The notes under the pieces are model-generated. The model was not told the origin of the DNA. It saw only the letters and a program-made list of their open reading frames with translations, and ran no database searches. A stretch of 64,000 bases of DNA, taken from NCBI GenBank assembly GCA_964408775.1, contig CAYPAP010000001.1:21404-85403 (forward strand). Direction: 5' to 3'. The DNA is from an uncultured Gammaproteobacteria bacterium (GTDB lineage Bacteria > Patescibacteriota > Patescibacteriia > Patescibacteriales > UBA12465). Both the position numbers and the translations under genes were made by a program. Below, in pieces: positions 28,980 through 38,883 of this stretch. Positions within the stretch are counted from its first letter, which is position 1, and each line of letters begins with the position of its first letter.

Positions 28980-31076
28980 CTAACCCTCTAATTCTTCAGC
29001 CCTCTTTTGAATCAAGATTCTTAAATCATCTTTTCCGTTATTGTTTTTAATTATTTCCATTAATTCCTGTGCTGCTATTTTTGCCCAAACGACTTTTTTC
29101 TCATCGTGTCTATAATCTAGAGTTGTCTCCGGGTTGAAATTACTGACGCCGGCATCTCTTCGAACAGATCTGTCGTATTTTTGCCACATATAAAGCAACT
29201 CTCTAGCCATCTCTGTTTTTAGTTCTTCCTCAGTATTATACCTCTCTCGATTATCATTAAAATAATTAATCAGATCTCTATAATCTAGACCATGCTCAAT
29301 AGATATTTCGTCATCAATAAATCTACTAAGCTCTTCACTTATAAAGTGTTGCTTAATTTTCTCCTGATCCCTATACTCAACACTCTTATCGGCTTCCTTG
29401 TATAAATCATAATAATTAAATTCCCCTTCAGCAACGTCTTCTCTATTTAAATCTTTATCACTAAATATTTGTCGATGCCCAATATTTTGCTCATCCTCGT
29501 CTCCATCATCGTCGCCTCCCTCATTATCTTCATCATCATTTTCTTCTCCACCTTCATCTTCCTCTTCCCTTCTTCTCCACCATACAAAATTTGATGGTCT
29601 TTTTAATAATAAAAGAAGTAATAATAAAGGCAAAGGAAGAACTACTTGGGTTTTTTTACCTCCCTCAACTTCAATTTCAATATTTACTCCTCTCTTCGAT
29701 CCAACAATTTTATCCAGGGAATCTTTAACTGAAGATTCTAAATTATATTCACCAGAATTATATGCTGCAATTAAAGAAATGATCTTTTCCTCGTCGGAAC
29801 CACCACCAATTTCCAGACTATCAGCCAATTCTAACAACTCCTTCCATTCAGTATCAGAAAATTGAACTTCTTCGTAATTAATACTTTCTATAATTGAGGT
29901 GTCAATATTTCCCTCTTCCAATATTTCTCTTATTATATCCTCGGCCAATTCTCCTCTTTCTTTAGCTAGGCTAACATTTTCTTCCTCTACATTACCTGGC
30001 TTTACTGATTCAGGGTCATTTTTGCGTCCCTCTGGAGAGGAAAATCCCGTTATTTTGATTGCTTTCACTTCATTTTTGGAAAAAACATCTTTAAGCAAGT
30101 TATCTTTTTCTCCTCTAGTAGCCTCATAAACAGACTTTTTTTCACCAATTCTGACCAATTTATTAGCAAAAGCTGTTCTAATCTGATCCTTAAAATACTC
30201 CTCCATTTTGTCTTTGTCAGTTTCATTTGTTAGCTCTGATCCCTCAAATTTAGGAGCATAAGTATAGGGGACATTGATACTCTCACTTCCCTTTATTTCT
30301 CTATTAACCCCCAACTCTAAAGAGACAGGAGAAATTATCCCTCCCCAATTAAAAACAGTATCACTTTCTGAATTAACTTTATTAAAACGATGGTTTATAT
30401 CGAAAGAATAGGTTCTCTCTCCATATTCTGAGCTTGACTCCCTATCAATACCTCTAGTGTCCTCTAATTTATTTTTATCTTTTTCTAGATTAACATCAGA
30501 ACCCTCGTTACTAGTTAAAGAAGATGGTAATGATGTAAACATTAGAGCCAAAGCATAATATTTTATTGGCTTAATAGCAACAGAAAATTTATTTTTAAAA
30601 GATTCGTATTTTTCGTCAAAAAACTTTTTGAACGTAGAGGATTCATACTTATCAACCTCCTCTAAGACATTTTCTTCATTTAATGCAAAATTATCACTTT
30701 CAACTAGCTCTTTTTTAGATTCTTCACCATACTTATGAAAAATGGCTATTTTGCGACGTAACATTTCTATGTTCCTTAAGTGCATCTCCATAGTTTCCTG
30801 GTCAATATCTTCGCCCTTAGCAGACTCTTCTTTTAGAAAATTATACTCCTCTTCCAAATCTTTTTTGTGTAATTCAATCAAGTGCCCTGAAGGGTCTTTT
30901 TTGAATTCTTCATAATTATAGAAACTCTTTGTTCCTTCTTTCTCAGCTCCTCTTTGGGATTTAAGAAAATTTTCTCTCTTTAATAACTCAGAATCATACT
31001 TGTCTTTTTCGGTATCACTCTGTTTTTCTGGCTCTTTTTTTGAGCCTGGTTTAATAATTTTTTCAAAAAAATTCAT
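28980..31076 (-). CDS. Large hypothetical charged/acidic membrane protein
   Basis: 698 aa; Glu/Lys-rich coiled-coil-like N-terminal two-thirds; poly-Leu TM (VVLPLPLLLLLLLLKRP); D/E-rich block (EEEDEGGEENDDEDNEGGDDDGDEDE); possible OmpA-like segment 'ITGFSSPEGRKND'. Confidence 0.5.
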   Translation of the reverse strand: MNFFEKIIKPGSKKEPEKQSDTEKDKYDSELLKRENFLKSQRGAEKEGTKSFYNYEEFKKDPSGHLIELHKKDLEEEYNFLKEESAKGEDIDQETMEMHLRNIEMLRRKIAIFHKYGEESKKELVESDNFALNEENVLEEVDKYESSTFKKFFDEKYESFKNKFSVAIKPIKYYALALMFTSLPSSLTSNEGSDVNLEKDKNKLEDTRGIDRESSSEYGERTYSFDINHRFNKVNSESDTVFNWGGIISPVSLELGVNREIKGSESINVPYTYAPKFEGSELTNETDKDKMEEYFKDQIRTAFANKLVRIGEKKSVYEATRGEKDNLLKDVFSKNEVKAIKITGFSSPEGRKNDPESVKPGNVEEENVSLAKERGELAEDIIREILEEGNIDTSIIESINYEEVQFSDTEWKELLELADSLEIGGGSDEEKIISLIAAYNSGEYNLESSVKDSLDKIVGSKRGVNIEIEVEGGKKTQVVLPLPLLLLLLLLKRPSNFVWWRRREEEDEGGEENDDEDNEGGDDDGDEDEQNIGHRQIFSDKDLNREDVAEGEFNYYDLYKEADKSVEYRDQEKIKQHFISEELSRFIDDEISIEHGLDYRDLINYFNDNRERYNTEEELKTEMARELLYMWQKYDRSVRRDAGVSNFNPETTLDYRHDEKKVVWAKIAAQELMEIIKNNNGKDDLRILIQKRAEELEG

Positions 31077-31283
31077 ATTTTTTTGTTTTAATATTAAAAA
31101 ACTAAAATAATATTAATTAGATTACTTAGTTTATATAAAAATACTAACATAAAAATAATTTTTTGTAAAGTAAAAGTCACCTTACTCACATTTCGGACAA
31201 AAAATGTTCTCTAAAATAGAAAAGGGTGGTAAAATTTAGTGCAACATCCCAAAGAAAAACTTCAGAGTTAATTTAGAATGGGC

Positions 31284-31802
31284 TTACTCTAATTTTATAT
31301 CAAAAACATCTAGCAATCCAATTACTTCTGGAATTGAAAACTTCGTTTTTTTAAGAATATTTTGATTTGGATCTATACTATAATTTCTGGAACTTTTGAA
31401 AGATGCAAAACTCAAATTTGAATTTTGAAAACGGCTACTCTTCAAATCGGAATTTTCAAAATTTGCTCTTGTTAAATTAGTTTCTATAAAATCACATTCA
31501 AATATTTGGCAACTTTTAAAAATAGTATTTTTCAAGTCCAAATCAAAAAATACAGACATGGAAATAAAACAACTTTCAAAAGCAAAACTAATAATTAATT
31601 TATTACATTGAGAAAAATTTAACCCCATGATTTTACAACTTTTGAAAATAGTATCTTGAATTCGAGTGTTTTCTAAGTTTACATTAGATAAATTACAATT
31701 TTCAAAAACACAATTGGTAAAACCTGAATCCTTAAAAGACTTATCTGTAAAATTTACATTCTTAAAAGTTCTCGATTCAAATTCATTATTCTGATATTCC
31801 AT
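31284..31802 (-). CDS. Pentapeptide-repeat protein
   Basis: 172 aa; consecutive A(D/N)LxF-type pentapeptide repeats (NVNFTDKSFKDSGFTNCVFENCNLSNVNLENT...). Confidence 0.8.
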   Translation of the reverse strand: MEYQNNEFESRTFKNVNFTDKSFKDSGFTNCVFENCNLSNVNLENTRIQDTIFKSCKIMGLNFSQCNKLIISFAFESCFISMSVFFDLDLKNTIFKSCQIFECDFIETNLTRANFENSDLKSSRFQNSNLSFASFKSSRNYSIDPNQNILKKTKFSIPEVIGLLDVFDIKLE

Positions 31803-31859
31803 AAAAAATAGATATTTTTAATTCTTTATAATTTTTATCCACCTTAAATTAATCAATCA

Positions 31860-31990
31860 TAACATCGGAATTTAACGAAGTCATCGAGGGCGATTTGGGA
31901 AAAATGCGAGCTGAGCATTTTTTCGTTACCCCGAGCCGATAGGCGGAGCTCAGCGTGGTCGAGGTGAAGCCGAAGAAGTCGACAAGTGGC
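31860..31990. other. GC-rich structured intergenic island
   Basis: Inverted repeat gctgagc...gctcagc, repeated word cgaagtcatcg(a/g), gtcgacaag; shares TGACAAG/CGAAG words with other islands. Confidence 0.4.
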
Positions 31991-31993
31991 AAT

Positions 31994-32146
31994 TACTTTT
32001 GCATGAACTTATAGATTCCGTACAACACTAGCGCAGCAATAGAGACTATAACCGAAGTCATCGGATTCCACATCGCAGAAAATAATACTATTAAAGCAGC
32101 TATTATTGCAAAGCCCCCTTCTTTTTTTGAGTCTAGTTTTTTCATG
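31994..32146 (-). CDS. Small hydrophobic peptide (50 aa), possible membrane micro-protein
   Basis: MKKLDSKKEGGFAIIAALIVLFSAMWNPMTSVIVSIAALVLYGIYKFMQK; below the ORF-track size cut-off; start codon overlaps the recombinase ORF start on the opposite strand. Confidence 0.3.
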
Positions 32147-32176
32147 GTGATTTACATTAAATTAATAAAGAAAAAT

Positions 32177-32970
32177 ATGCAAACTCAATTAAATCTCTTA
32201 AAAAGAGAGTTAAAAATAAGGAATTATAGCCCCAAAACTATTGCGTCCTATCTTTATGGGTTAAAAGAATATCTAACATTTAAAAAAGAAAAATTAGGTA
32301 CTTTCGATGAAAATATTATTAAAAATTTTCTTTTAAGTTCTAAAAGCAAAATATCTCCACAAAGTCAAAACATATATCTCGGAGCTATTAAGTTTTATTA
32401 CTATAATATTATTAAAATTAACAAAAAAATAGAAATAAAATCAGTTAAAAAAATCAAAAAACTTCCCGTGGTTCTCTCGCGCCAAGAAATAGAAAAAATA
32501 TTAAATTCAATTTCTAATAAAAAACATAAATTATTAATAGCAGTCTCTTATGGAGCGGGGTTGAGAGTAAGCGAAATTATTTCTCTAAAAGTTAAAGATG
32601 TTGATTTAGAAGAACTAACAATACATATCAAAAACGCCAAAGGAAGAAAAGATCGAATTAGCATATTACCAGAAAAAATAGTAAAAGACCTGAGAGAAAT
32701 AATTGAATCTAAAAATTTAAATAACTATATTTTTGGGAGCAACAGAGGCGGAAAATTGAATTCTAGAACTGCTCAAAAAGTTTTTGAAAAGGCCTTGAAA
32801 AAGACGCCACCTTCCACAGCTTGCGTCATAGCTTCGCTACTCACCTATTAGAAAACGGGGTTGATGTTCGCTATGTTCAGGAATTATTAGGTCATCAAAA
32901 CATTAGAACAACTCAAATCTATGTCCAGGTTACTAATCCTAAATTAAAAAATATAAAAAGTCCCTTATGA
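32177..32970 (+). pseudogene. XerC/XerD-like tyrosine recombinase disrupted by a 1-nt frameshift in an A-run (~32797-32803)
   Basis: N-terminal SAM-like domain (MQTQLNLLKRELKIRNYSPKTIASYLYGL...); the annotated frame ends '...[17 protein letters not shown]', while the +1 frame continues '[40 protein letters not shown]' (catalytic HxxR...Y region) to TGA at 32968-32970. Confidence 0.75.
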
Positions 32971-32973
32971 CAA

Positions 32974-34125
32974 TCATCTTATCGGGCTAAACTTCCTCAA
33001 CCTCTCCACCGTCTTAGCTAATTTAGCTACAACATAATCAACCTCTTTCTTGTTATTGTATCTCCCCCAAGAAAACCTAACATTACTATTCATATATTTT
33101 TTATCAATTCCCATAGCAGTGATTACCGAAGAAACCTTAAGATTCTGAGCTGAACAAGCCGAACCAGTAGAAACATAAATTCCAGAAACAGATAAGTCAA
33201 TCAAAATCGCCTCCCCTTCTATACCCTCGAACATAATATTCAAATTATTTGGCACTCTATTTTTTAAATCACCATTAAGCCGAATATTTTTTATTTTTTT
33301 AGCTACTTCCTTCCAAAAATAATCACGTAATTCTTTTACTTTTTTTAAATATTCGCTTCTTTCAGCGTAAGCCAACTTCAAAGCCTCGGTCATACCAACA
33401 ATTCCAGCCATATTATAGGTTCCGGCCCTTAGCCCATTCTCCTGCCCCCCACCAACAATTATTGGCCTTATTTTCACATCTTTGTTCACATAAGCCAAAC
33501 CAACCCCCTGAGGTCCATAAAATTTATGAGCCGACAAAGATAAAAAATCAACTCCCCATTTTTTAATATTAATTTTTAAATATGGCACGGCCTGGACAGC
33601 ATCGGTGTGAAAATACACCCCCTTAGACCGAGCAATTTTTCCAATCTCCTCCATCGGTTGAATACTGCCGACTTCATTATTGACCGCCATAACTGAAATT
33701 AAAACTGTATCTGGTTTTATCTTTTTCTTCAGCTCCTCTAAAAGAACTACTCCGTTTTTATCTACTGGAATATAATCAAATCTAAAACCTTCATCCAATA
33801 ACTCTCTAGCTGAAGCCAAAACACAGGGGTGCTCAATAGCGGAAATTAAAAAATGTTTACCCTTATCAGAATTAGCGCGCATTACTCCTTTAATAATCAG
33901 GTTATTAGCCTCAGTGGCAGTGGAGGTAAAAATAATATTATCAGCTTGACCATGCAAAATTTTAGCAATATCTTTTTTACATTGATTAATTTTAATATCA
34001 TTTTCCTGACCCATAAAATGAATGGAGGAGGCATTGCCATATTTAGTATCAAAATATGGCATCATTTTTTTTAATACCCTTTTGTCAATCTTGGTAGTGG
34101 CGGCGTTATCTAAATATATTTGCAT
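32974..34125 (-). CDS. iscS: Cysteine desulfurase (IscS/NifS)
   Basis: 383 aa; 'MQIYLDNAATTK' start and PLP lysine motif 'SLSAHKFYGPQG'. Confidence 0.9.
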   Translation of the reverse strand: MQIYLDNAATTKIDKRVLKKMMPYFDTKYGNASSIHFMGQENDIKINQCKKDIAKILHGQADNIIFTSTATEANNLIIKGVMRANSDKGKHFLISAIEHPCVLASARELLDEGFRFDYIPVDKNGVVLLEELKKKIKPDTVLISVMAVNNEVGSIQPMEEIGKIARSKGVYFHTDAVQAVPYLKINIKKWGVDFLSLSAHKFYGPQGVGLAYVNKDVKIRPIIVGGGQENGLRAGTYNMAGIVGMTEALKLAYAERSEYLKKVKELRDYFWKEVAKKIKNIRLNGDLKNRVPNNLNIMFEGIEGEAILIDLSVSGIYVSTGSACSAQNLKVSSVITAMGIDKKYMNSNVRFSWGRYNNKKEVDYVVAKLAKTVERLRKFSPIR

Positions 34126-34128
34126 AAA

Positions 34129-34860
34129 TTATTTTAAATTAACTTTTTTAATTACTACTGGAGTTTCTGGTCTGTCTAGCGACCCAGGCATGATAGTTTT
34201 AACCTCCGATATTTTCTCAATTACATCCATTCCTTCAACAACCTTACCAAAAACTGGATGTTTACTAGCTAAAGGAGCCTTATCGAAGTCTAAAAAGGTA
34301 TTATCAGCAACGTTAATAAAAAACTGTGATCCACCAGAATTAGGTCCGGAATTAGCCATGGAAATTGTACCAATAACATTACTTAATTCTGGATCAGCTA
34401 CATGCTCGTCAGAAATAGCATAACCGGGGCCACCTGTTCCCCATAAACCTTGTTGACTATCATCTTTGGTCAAAGGATCACCACCTTGAATCATAAAGTC
34501 TTTAATAACACGATGAAATTTGATTCCATCAAAATAACCATCTTCAGCTAAAGTTAAAAAATTGGCTACAGTAATCGGCATTTTGTCATTGAAAAATTCA
34601 ATAGTGAAATTTCCTAAACTAGTTTCAAACTCAGCTTGAGAATATTTTTCTAAAATTTCTTTATTCATATTATTATTTAAATTATTATCAACTTCAACCA
34701 GATTTTCATCGGCGGAAGAATTATTAGTTAAATTATTATTAATATTATTTTGCCCGCCCAAGTCTTCGGAATAATCAAAAGTCATTCTTTTAGAAGAGCA
34801 AGCTGAAAAAACTAAAGTTAAGGACAAAATTAGAAATGAAAATATTATTTTTTTGTTCAT
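34129..34860 (-). CDS. Cyclophilin-type peptidyl-prolyl cis-trans isomerase, lipoprotein
   Basis: 243 aa; lipobox LTLVFSAC; 'FHRVIKDFMIQGGDP' cyclophilin signature. Confidence 0.85.
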   Translation of the reverse strand: MNKKIIFSFLILSLTLVFSACSSKRMTFDYSEDLGGQNNINNNLTNNSSADENLVEVDNNLNNNMNKEILEKYSQAEFETSLGNFTIEFFNDKMPITVANFLTLAEDGYFDGIKFHRVIKDFMIQGGDPLTKDDSQQGLWGTGGPGYAISDEHVADPELSNVIGTISMANSGPNSGGSQFFINVADNTFLDFDKAPLASKHPVFGKVVEGMDVIEKISEVKTIMPGSLDRPETPVVIKKVNLK

Positions 34861-34883
34861 ATTTTTATTAATTATTAATTATT

Positions 34884-35159
34884 TTACTCCTTAATATGAA
34901 TAAATATTCTACTATAAGTATCTGCCTTGTCATGATCCGTATGATAAATATCACATTTTTTGCCATCAAGCACAACATCGACCAATATCGGCTCTCTATA
35001 GCCCGATTCGGAATGAGGCGGTTTCTTCTCTACTATAACATCATTAAAGAATCTTAATTCTTTAAAAACACCAGCCTTCTTAATTTCTTCTTCCCAAAAA
35101 TGAGTTCCTTTCCAAACTCTTTCATTATCATTATTTATTTCAAACTTATTGTTTTCCAT
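34884..35159 (-). CDS. Hypothetical small protein
   Basis: 91 aa; no recognisable motif; tightly packed between ppiase and cca. Confidence 0.4.
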   Translation of the reverse strand: MENNKFEINNDNERVWKGTHFWEEEIKKAGVFKELRFFNDVIVEKKPPHSESGYREPILVDVVLDGKKCDIYHTDHDKADTYSRIFIHIKE

Positions 35160-35196
35160 ATTTTTTAATTAATTACGAATTAATAAGCGAATAACC

Positions 35197-35216
35197 CTGG
35201 ATTCCAGCCTTCGCTG
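35197..35216. other. Perfect 8-bp hairpin (attccagc-cttc-gctggaat) just 3' of cca
   Basis: Perfect inverted repeat seen directly in sequence; no adjacent T-run; followed by 'gaatgacaag', a word shared with the 39.9-kb repeat copy. Confidence 0.5.
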
Positions 35217-35233
35217 GAATGACAAGACAGACG

Positions 35234-36739
35234 TTATACTTTAAATTTTTTCTTAATATCCTTATCCTCCTCTTCCCTTTTTTCCTCAATAACCTCCTTA
35301 GCCTGAGCTCGCAATTCTTCTAGATTCAGTTTATCTAATTCCTTGGCTCTTTTCAAGAGAATTTTTTTATCATTTAATTCTGGGTTTTCCAAAACCTCAG
35401 CCAATAACACATCCAAGATAGCTCCCATTTTTGGCCCAGCCTCCATTTTTAACTCTGAAATTAGGACGTCACCATTAACTTCTAGCATTTTCACAGAAAC
35501 CGGATCATTTTGCACCTTTTCCATCATATACTGTAAGTGACGAAGCTTATATGGCATAGCCTTGGGTGTACCCGAGCCTAAACGATCTGCCACACGCAAA
35601 TGAATTAAATCTTGCAAATTATCTCGACCAGTTTTAGCAATCAATCGTCGAACTGAAGCTGCAGTTACCTCACCAACATTATAATAAAACATATGGTTTC
35701 TAACCAAATTAGTCACCATATCAATATCGGAATTAGAAAATTTTAAACGAGTCATAATTTTCCGTGTCATCCTAGCTCCAATGTATTCATGATTATAAAA
35801 AGTTCTTTGACCTTCAATAATTTTCATAGACTGAGGCTTACCCACGTCATGCAAAAGTGAAGCTAGTCTAACTTGCCACTTAGGACTAGGACAATTTTTC
35901 AGAGATAAAAAATTATGTTTCAAAACCGTGTAAACATGATGATGATTTTGCTCCATATCAGCTCCCACTAATAACTCTGGTAATATATATTGTAATAATT
36001 TAGTTTTCTGTAAATAAAGAAAACCTTTATAAGCTGGCTCGCCTGAATTAGTGCTACTGCCGGCTTGCAGAATCTTAATCAACTCATCCTTGATTCTCTC
36101 TTTGGCAATAAATTTTAAACTTCCGGCCATTTTTAAAATAGCCCTTTCCGTCTTTGGCTCTAACTCAAAATTAAGCTGAGCTGAAAAACGAACAGCTCGC
36201 ATCATGCGCAAAGCATCTTCCTTAAATCTATCAACTGGCTCACCTACGGCTCTGATTATTTTAAGATTAATATCTTTTAATCCCCCAAAAATATCAACCA
36301 AATAAAAACTTTTATCACCAATCTTAACCTCTAGGGATTTGTATTTGTCACTTTTTTTACTATCAGCCGGGCGCAGCGCCATGGCATTAATAGTAAAATC
36401 TCTTCTCATTAAATCTTTCTCTAAATCCTTCTCAAAAATAACACTATCTGGTCGACGATGATCACGATAAGTGCTTTCGCTGCGATAAGTTGTAATTTCT
36501 AAAACTGTTAGCACCTTCCCCTGCCTATCTTTAATAGCTAATATGACTGTGCCAAAATCATTTTCGTATTTAGCCTCGGGGAAAACCCGCAAAATCTCTT
36601 CTGGCAAGGCATCAGTAGTTATATCAAAATCAACTGGGATTTTTCCCATTAATAAATCACGTACGCTTCCGCCTACTAAATAAGCCTCAAATCCGGCTTT
36701 TTCTAAATCTTTAATTGTCTTTAAAGCAAATTCCAACAT
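35234..36739 (-). CDS. cca: CCA-adding tRNA nucleotidyltransferase with HD domain
   Basis: 501 aa; 'LVGGSVRDLLMGKIPVDFDITTDA' polymerase-beta head motif plus HD motif (LHDVGK). Confidence 0.85.
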   Translation of the reverse strand: MLEFALKTIKDLEKAGFEAYLVGGSVRDLLMGKIPVDFDITTDALPEEILRVFPEAKYENDFGTVILAIKDRQGKVLTVLEITTYRSESTYRDHRRPDSVIFEKDLEKDLMRRDFTINAMALRPADSKKSDKYKSLEVKIGDKSFYLVDIFGGLKDINLKIIRAVGEPVDRFKEDALRMMRAVRFSAQLNFELEPKTERAILKMAGSLKFIAKERIKDELIKILQAGSSTNSGEPAYKGFLYLQKTKLLQYILPELLVGADMEQNHHHVYTVLKHNFLSLKNCPSPKWQVRLASLLHDVGKPQSMKIIEGQRTFYNHEYIGARMTRKIMTRLKFSNSDIDMVTNLVRNHMFYYNVGEVTAASVRRLIAKTGRDNLQDLIHLRVADRLGSGTPKAMPYKLRHLQYMMEKVQNDPVSVKMLEVNGDVLISELKMEAGPKMGAILDVLLAEVLENPELNDKKILLKRAKELDKLNLEELRAQAKEVIEEKREEEDKDIKKKFKV

Positions 36740-36805
36740 ATTGACTTTTGTATAAAAATATGATATAATATAGCTGTTTATAACTAAAGAATAAAATTTT
36801 TGAAT

Positions 36806-36836
36806 AAAGAAGCTCTGAGGGCTTCTTTATTTTTTG
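36806..36836. terminator. Hairpin aaagaagc-tctgagg-gcttcttt followed by attttttg
   Basis: 8-bp perfect stem; T-run on the plus side, weaker on the minus side. Confidence 0.5.
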
Positions 36837-36858
36837 TCTAAAATTTTTATACAAAAAA

Positions 36859-37131
36859 TTATTTATCCTCAAACAAACAACTCTTAATCTCCAACCCCTC
36901 TATCTGCCCTAGTCCCAACATAAAAGAATCAATTTTCTCTTTATCAGCTTTAAGAACTAAAACTATTAAACCTGGGCAATTTTCGGTACAATTCTTAGAA
37001 ACATTAACCCCTAAACGAGACATAATTAAGTGTCCATTTTTAGTTAAAAAATCGTTTAACTGACTAGAAACCCTTTGCCTATTAGTTGTTAAAATTGAGA
37101 TACTGGCTAAATGTTCCATATTTTTGATCAA
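36859..37131 (-). CDS. Small hypothetical protein immediately 3' of hydA; possible NikR-C/ACT-like hydrogenase-system regulator
   Basis: 90 aa; alternating hydrophobic pattern suggests an ACT/NikR-C-like fold; the family assignment (iron-only hydrogenase system regulator) is inference from size and context only. Confidence 0.3.
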   Translation of the reverse strand: MIKNMEHLASISILTTNRQRVSSQLNDFLTKNGHLIMSRLGVNVSKNCTENCPGLIVLVLKADKEKIDSFMLGLGQIEGLEIKSCLFEDK

Positions 37132-37149
37132 ATTAATTTTAAATTATAA

Positions 37150-38883
37150 TTAAACTAAGTTAATTTTGTCTTTTTTCTTTTTGCTATATTTGGTATGAAG
37201 AACTCTATGATCCTGACTATTATTTTTTAACCATTTAACCACTTCTACGGCCCCCTTATTATCATGGGCTGTTCTTATTTTAATCTTTTTATCCCCTTGA
37301 TACAACCCGGCCGTTCTTTTTGATACAATTTCCATAGAACTAGGTATGGGTTGACCACCGCCACCAATACAACCACCTGGGCAAGCCATCACTTCAATAT
37401 AATCATATTTAGACAAATTGTCCAGCACTCCCTTAATATTACCTATACCATTAACTACTGCTACATTTAATTTTTTACCGGATAAATCAATTTTAGCCTC
37501 TTTTACACCCTCTAAGCCACGCACCTCTTTAAATTCTAGTCTAGAACGACATATTTTAGCTTTTTTAGGGTCACAGATAACATGATGCGCCGTCCTAAGA
37601 GCTGACTCCATAACACCGCCACTAGCCCCATAAATAATTCCGGCCCCACTGCCGTCATTTATTAAATCATTAGATTTTTCTGGTCTTAATTTCTTAAAGT
37701 CAATATTGTTCTTCTTTATCATAAAAGCTAACTCTCTGACCGTTAAAACCTTATCCACCGGTTTTAACTTACCAATTTTAAGCTCAGGCCGAGAAATTTC
37801 AAACTTCTTAGCCGTGCAAGGCATAATAGAAACAATAACAATATCCTCGGGTTTAATTTTTTTCTTTTTAGCCCAGTAGGTTTTAATAATTCCACCTAGA
37901 TGAATTTGCGGCGAACGAGAGCTTGTGAGATGCGGAATTAAATCAGGCCTATAAAACTCTAAGTATTTAACCCAAGCTGGACAACAAGAAGTCATTAAAG
38001 GTAACCCAGCCTTTTTATCATTCAATCTTTCTAATAATTCCTCGGCCTCAACTAAAGTAGTTACATCGGCGCCAAAAACCACATCCATAACCTGGTCAAA
38101 TCCTAATTTCTTTAAGGCTGCTACCATTTTTCCACTATTATTTTGCCCGTAAGGCAGGCCGAACTCCTCTCCAATAGAAACCCTGGTTGAAGGAGCAATC
38201 ATGGCTATTAAAGTTTTCTTACCTTTTTTAGCTAAAATGTCTTCCACTTCCCCCCAATTATATTGCTCCTGAGCTGAGGCCACTGGACAATGGAGAGCAC
38301 ATTGCCCACAATAAATACAATCGATATTGGGGTCTTGAGTAGGCACTATTTCCTGCGCAGCTCCCTTCCCTTTTATTTCTAAGTAATTTATTTTTTGAAT
38401 ATCAGAGCAAGCATCCACACAATTACGACAATCTATACACTGAGACCCATCAATTTCCACGGCATTAGCAAATTTATATGTTTTACGTTTTACTTTTCTG
38501 TCTTGAAAATTAGTAACTTTCAAATCATACTTTTTTGCTAGGTTTAATAAATCACAATTATATTTTAAAGTGCAACCAAAACATTTCTCAGTATGTTCGG
38601 CAAAAATTAATTTCAAATTAGTGTTACGAGCTTTTTTAACTTTAGGCGAATTTGTAAATATTTCTATTCCATTCTCGGCTAAAACTGAACAAGAGGTCAT
38701 TAATTTATCACAATCCTTCACCTCAACCACACAAACACGACAATTAGCCTTAATTTTTAGGTCTGGGTGATAACATAAAGAAGGAATAAATATTTTATTA
38801 TTCCGAGCTATTTCCAAGATAGTCTGACCTAAATAGCCCTGACATTTTTTACCATCTATTTTTATTTCTATTTTTTTTGGCAT
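37150..38883 (-). CDS. hydA: [FeFe]-hydrogenase catalytic subunit HydA (M3, CpI-like)
   Basis: 577 aa; N-terminal 2Fe-2S ferredoxin-like domain; 4Fe-4S motifs CIDCRNCVDAC and CIYCGQCALHCP; H-cluster motifs L1 'TSCCPAWV', L2 'MPCTAKKFE', L3 'ACPGGCIGGGGQP'. Confidence 0.9.
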   Translation of the reverse strand: MPKKIEIKIDGKKCQGYLGQTILEIARNNKIFIPSLCYHPDLKIKANCRVCVVEVKDCDKLMTSCSVLAENGIEIFTNSPKVKKARNTNLKLIFAEHTEKCFGCTLKYNCDLLNLAKKYDLKVTNFQDRKVKRKTYKFANAVEIDGSQCIDCRNCVDACSDIQKINYLEIKGKGAAQEIVPTQDPNIDCIYCGQCALHCPVASAQEQYNWGEVEDILAKKGKKTLIAMIAPSTRVSIGEEFGLPYGQNNSGKMVAALKKLGFDQVMDVVFGADVTTLVEAEELLERLNDKKAGLPLMTSCCPAWVKYLEFYRPDLIPHLTSSRSPQIHLGGIIKTYWAKKKKIKPEDIVIVSIMPCTAKKFEISRPELKIGKLKPVDKVLTVRELAFMIKKNNIDFKKLRPEKSNDLINDGSGAGIIYGASGGVMESALRTAHHVICDPKKAKICRSRLEFKEVRGLEGVKEAKIDLSGKKLNVAVVNGIGNIKGVLDNLSKYDYIEVMACPGGCIGGGGQPIPSSMEIVSKRTAGLYQGDKKIKIRTAHDNKGAVEVVKWLKNNSQDHRVLHTKYSKKKKDKINLV

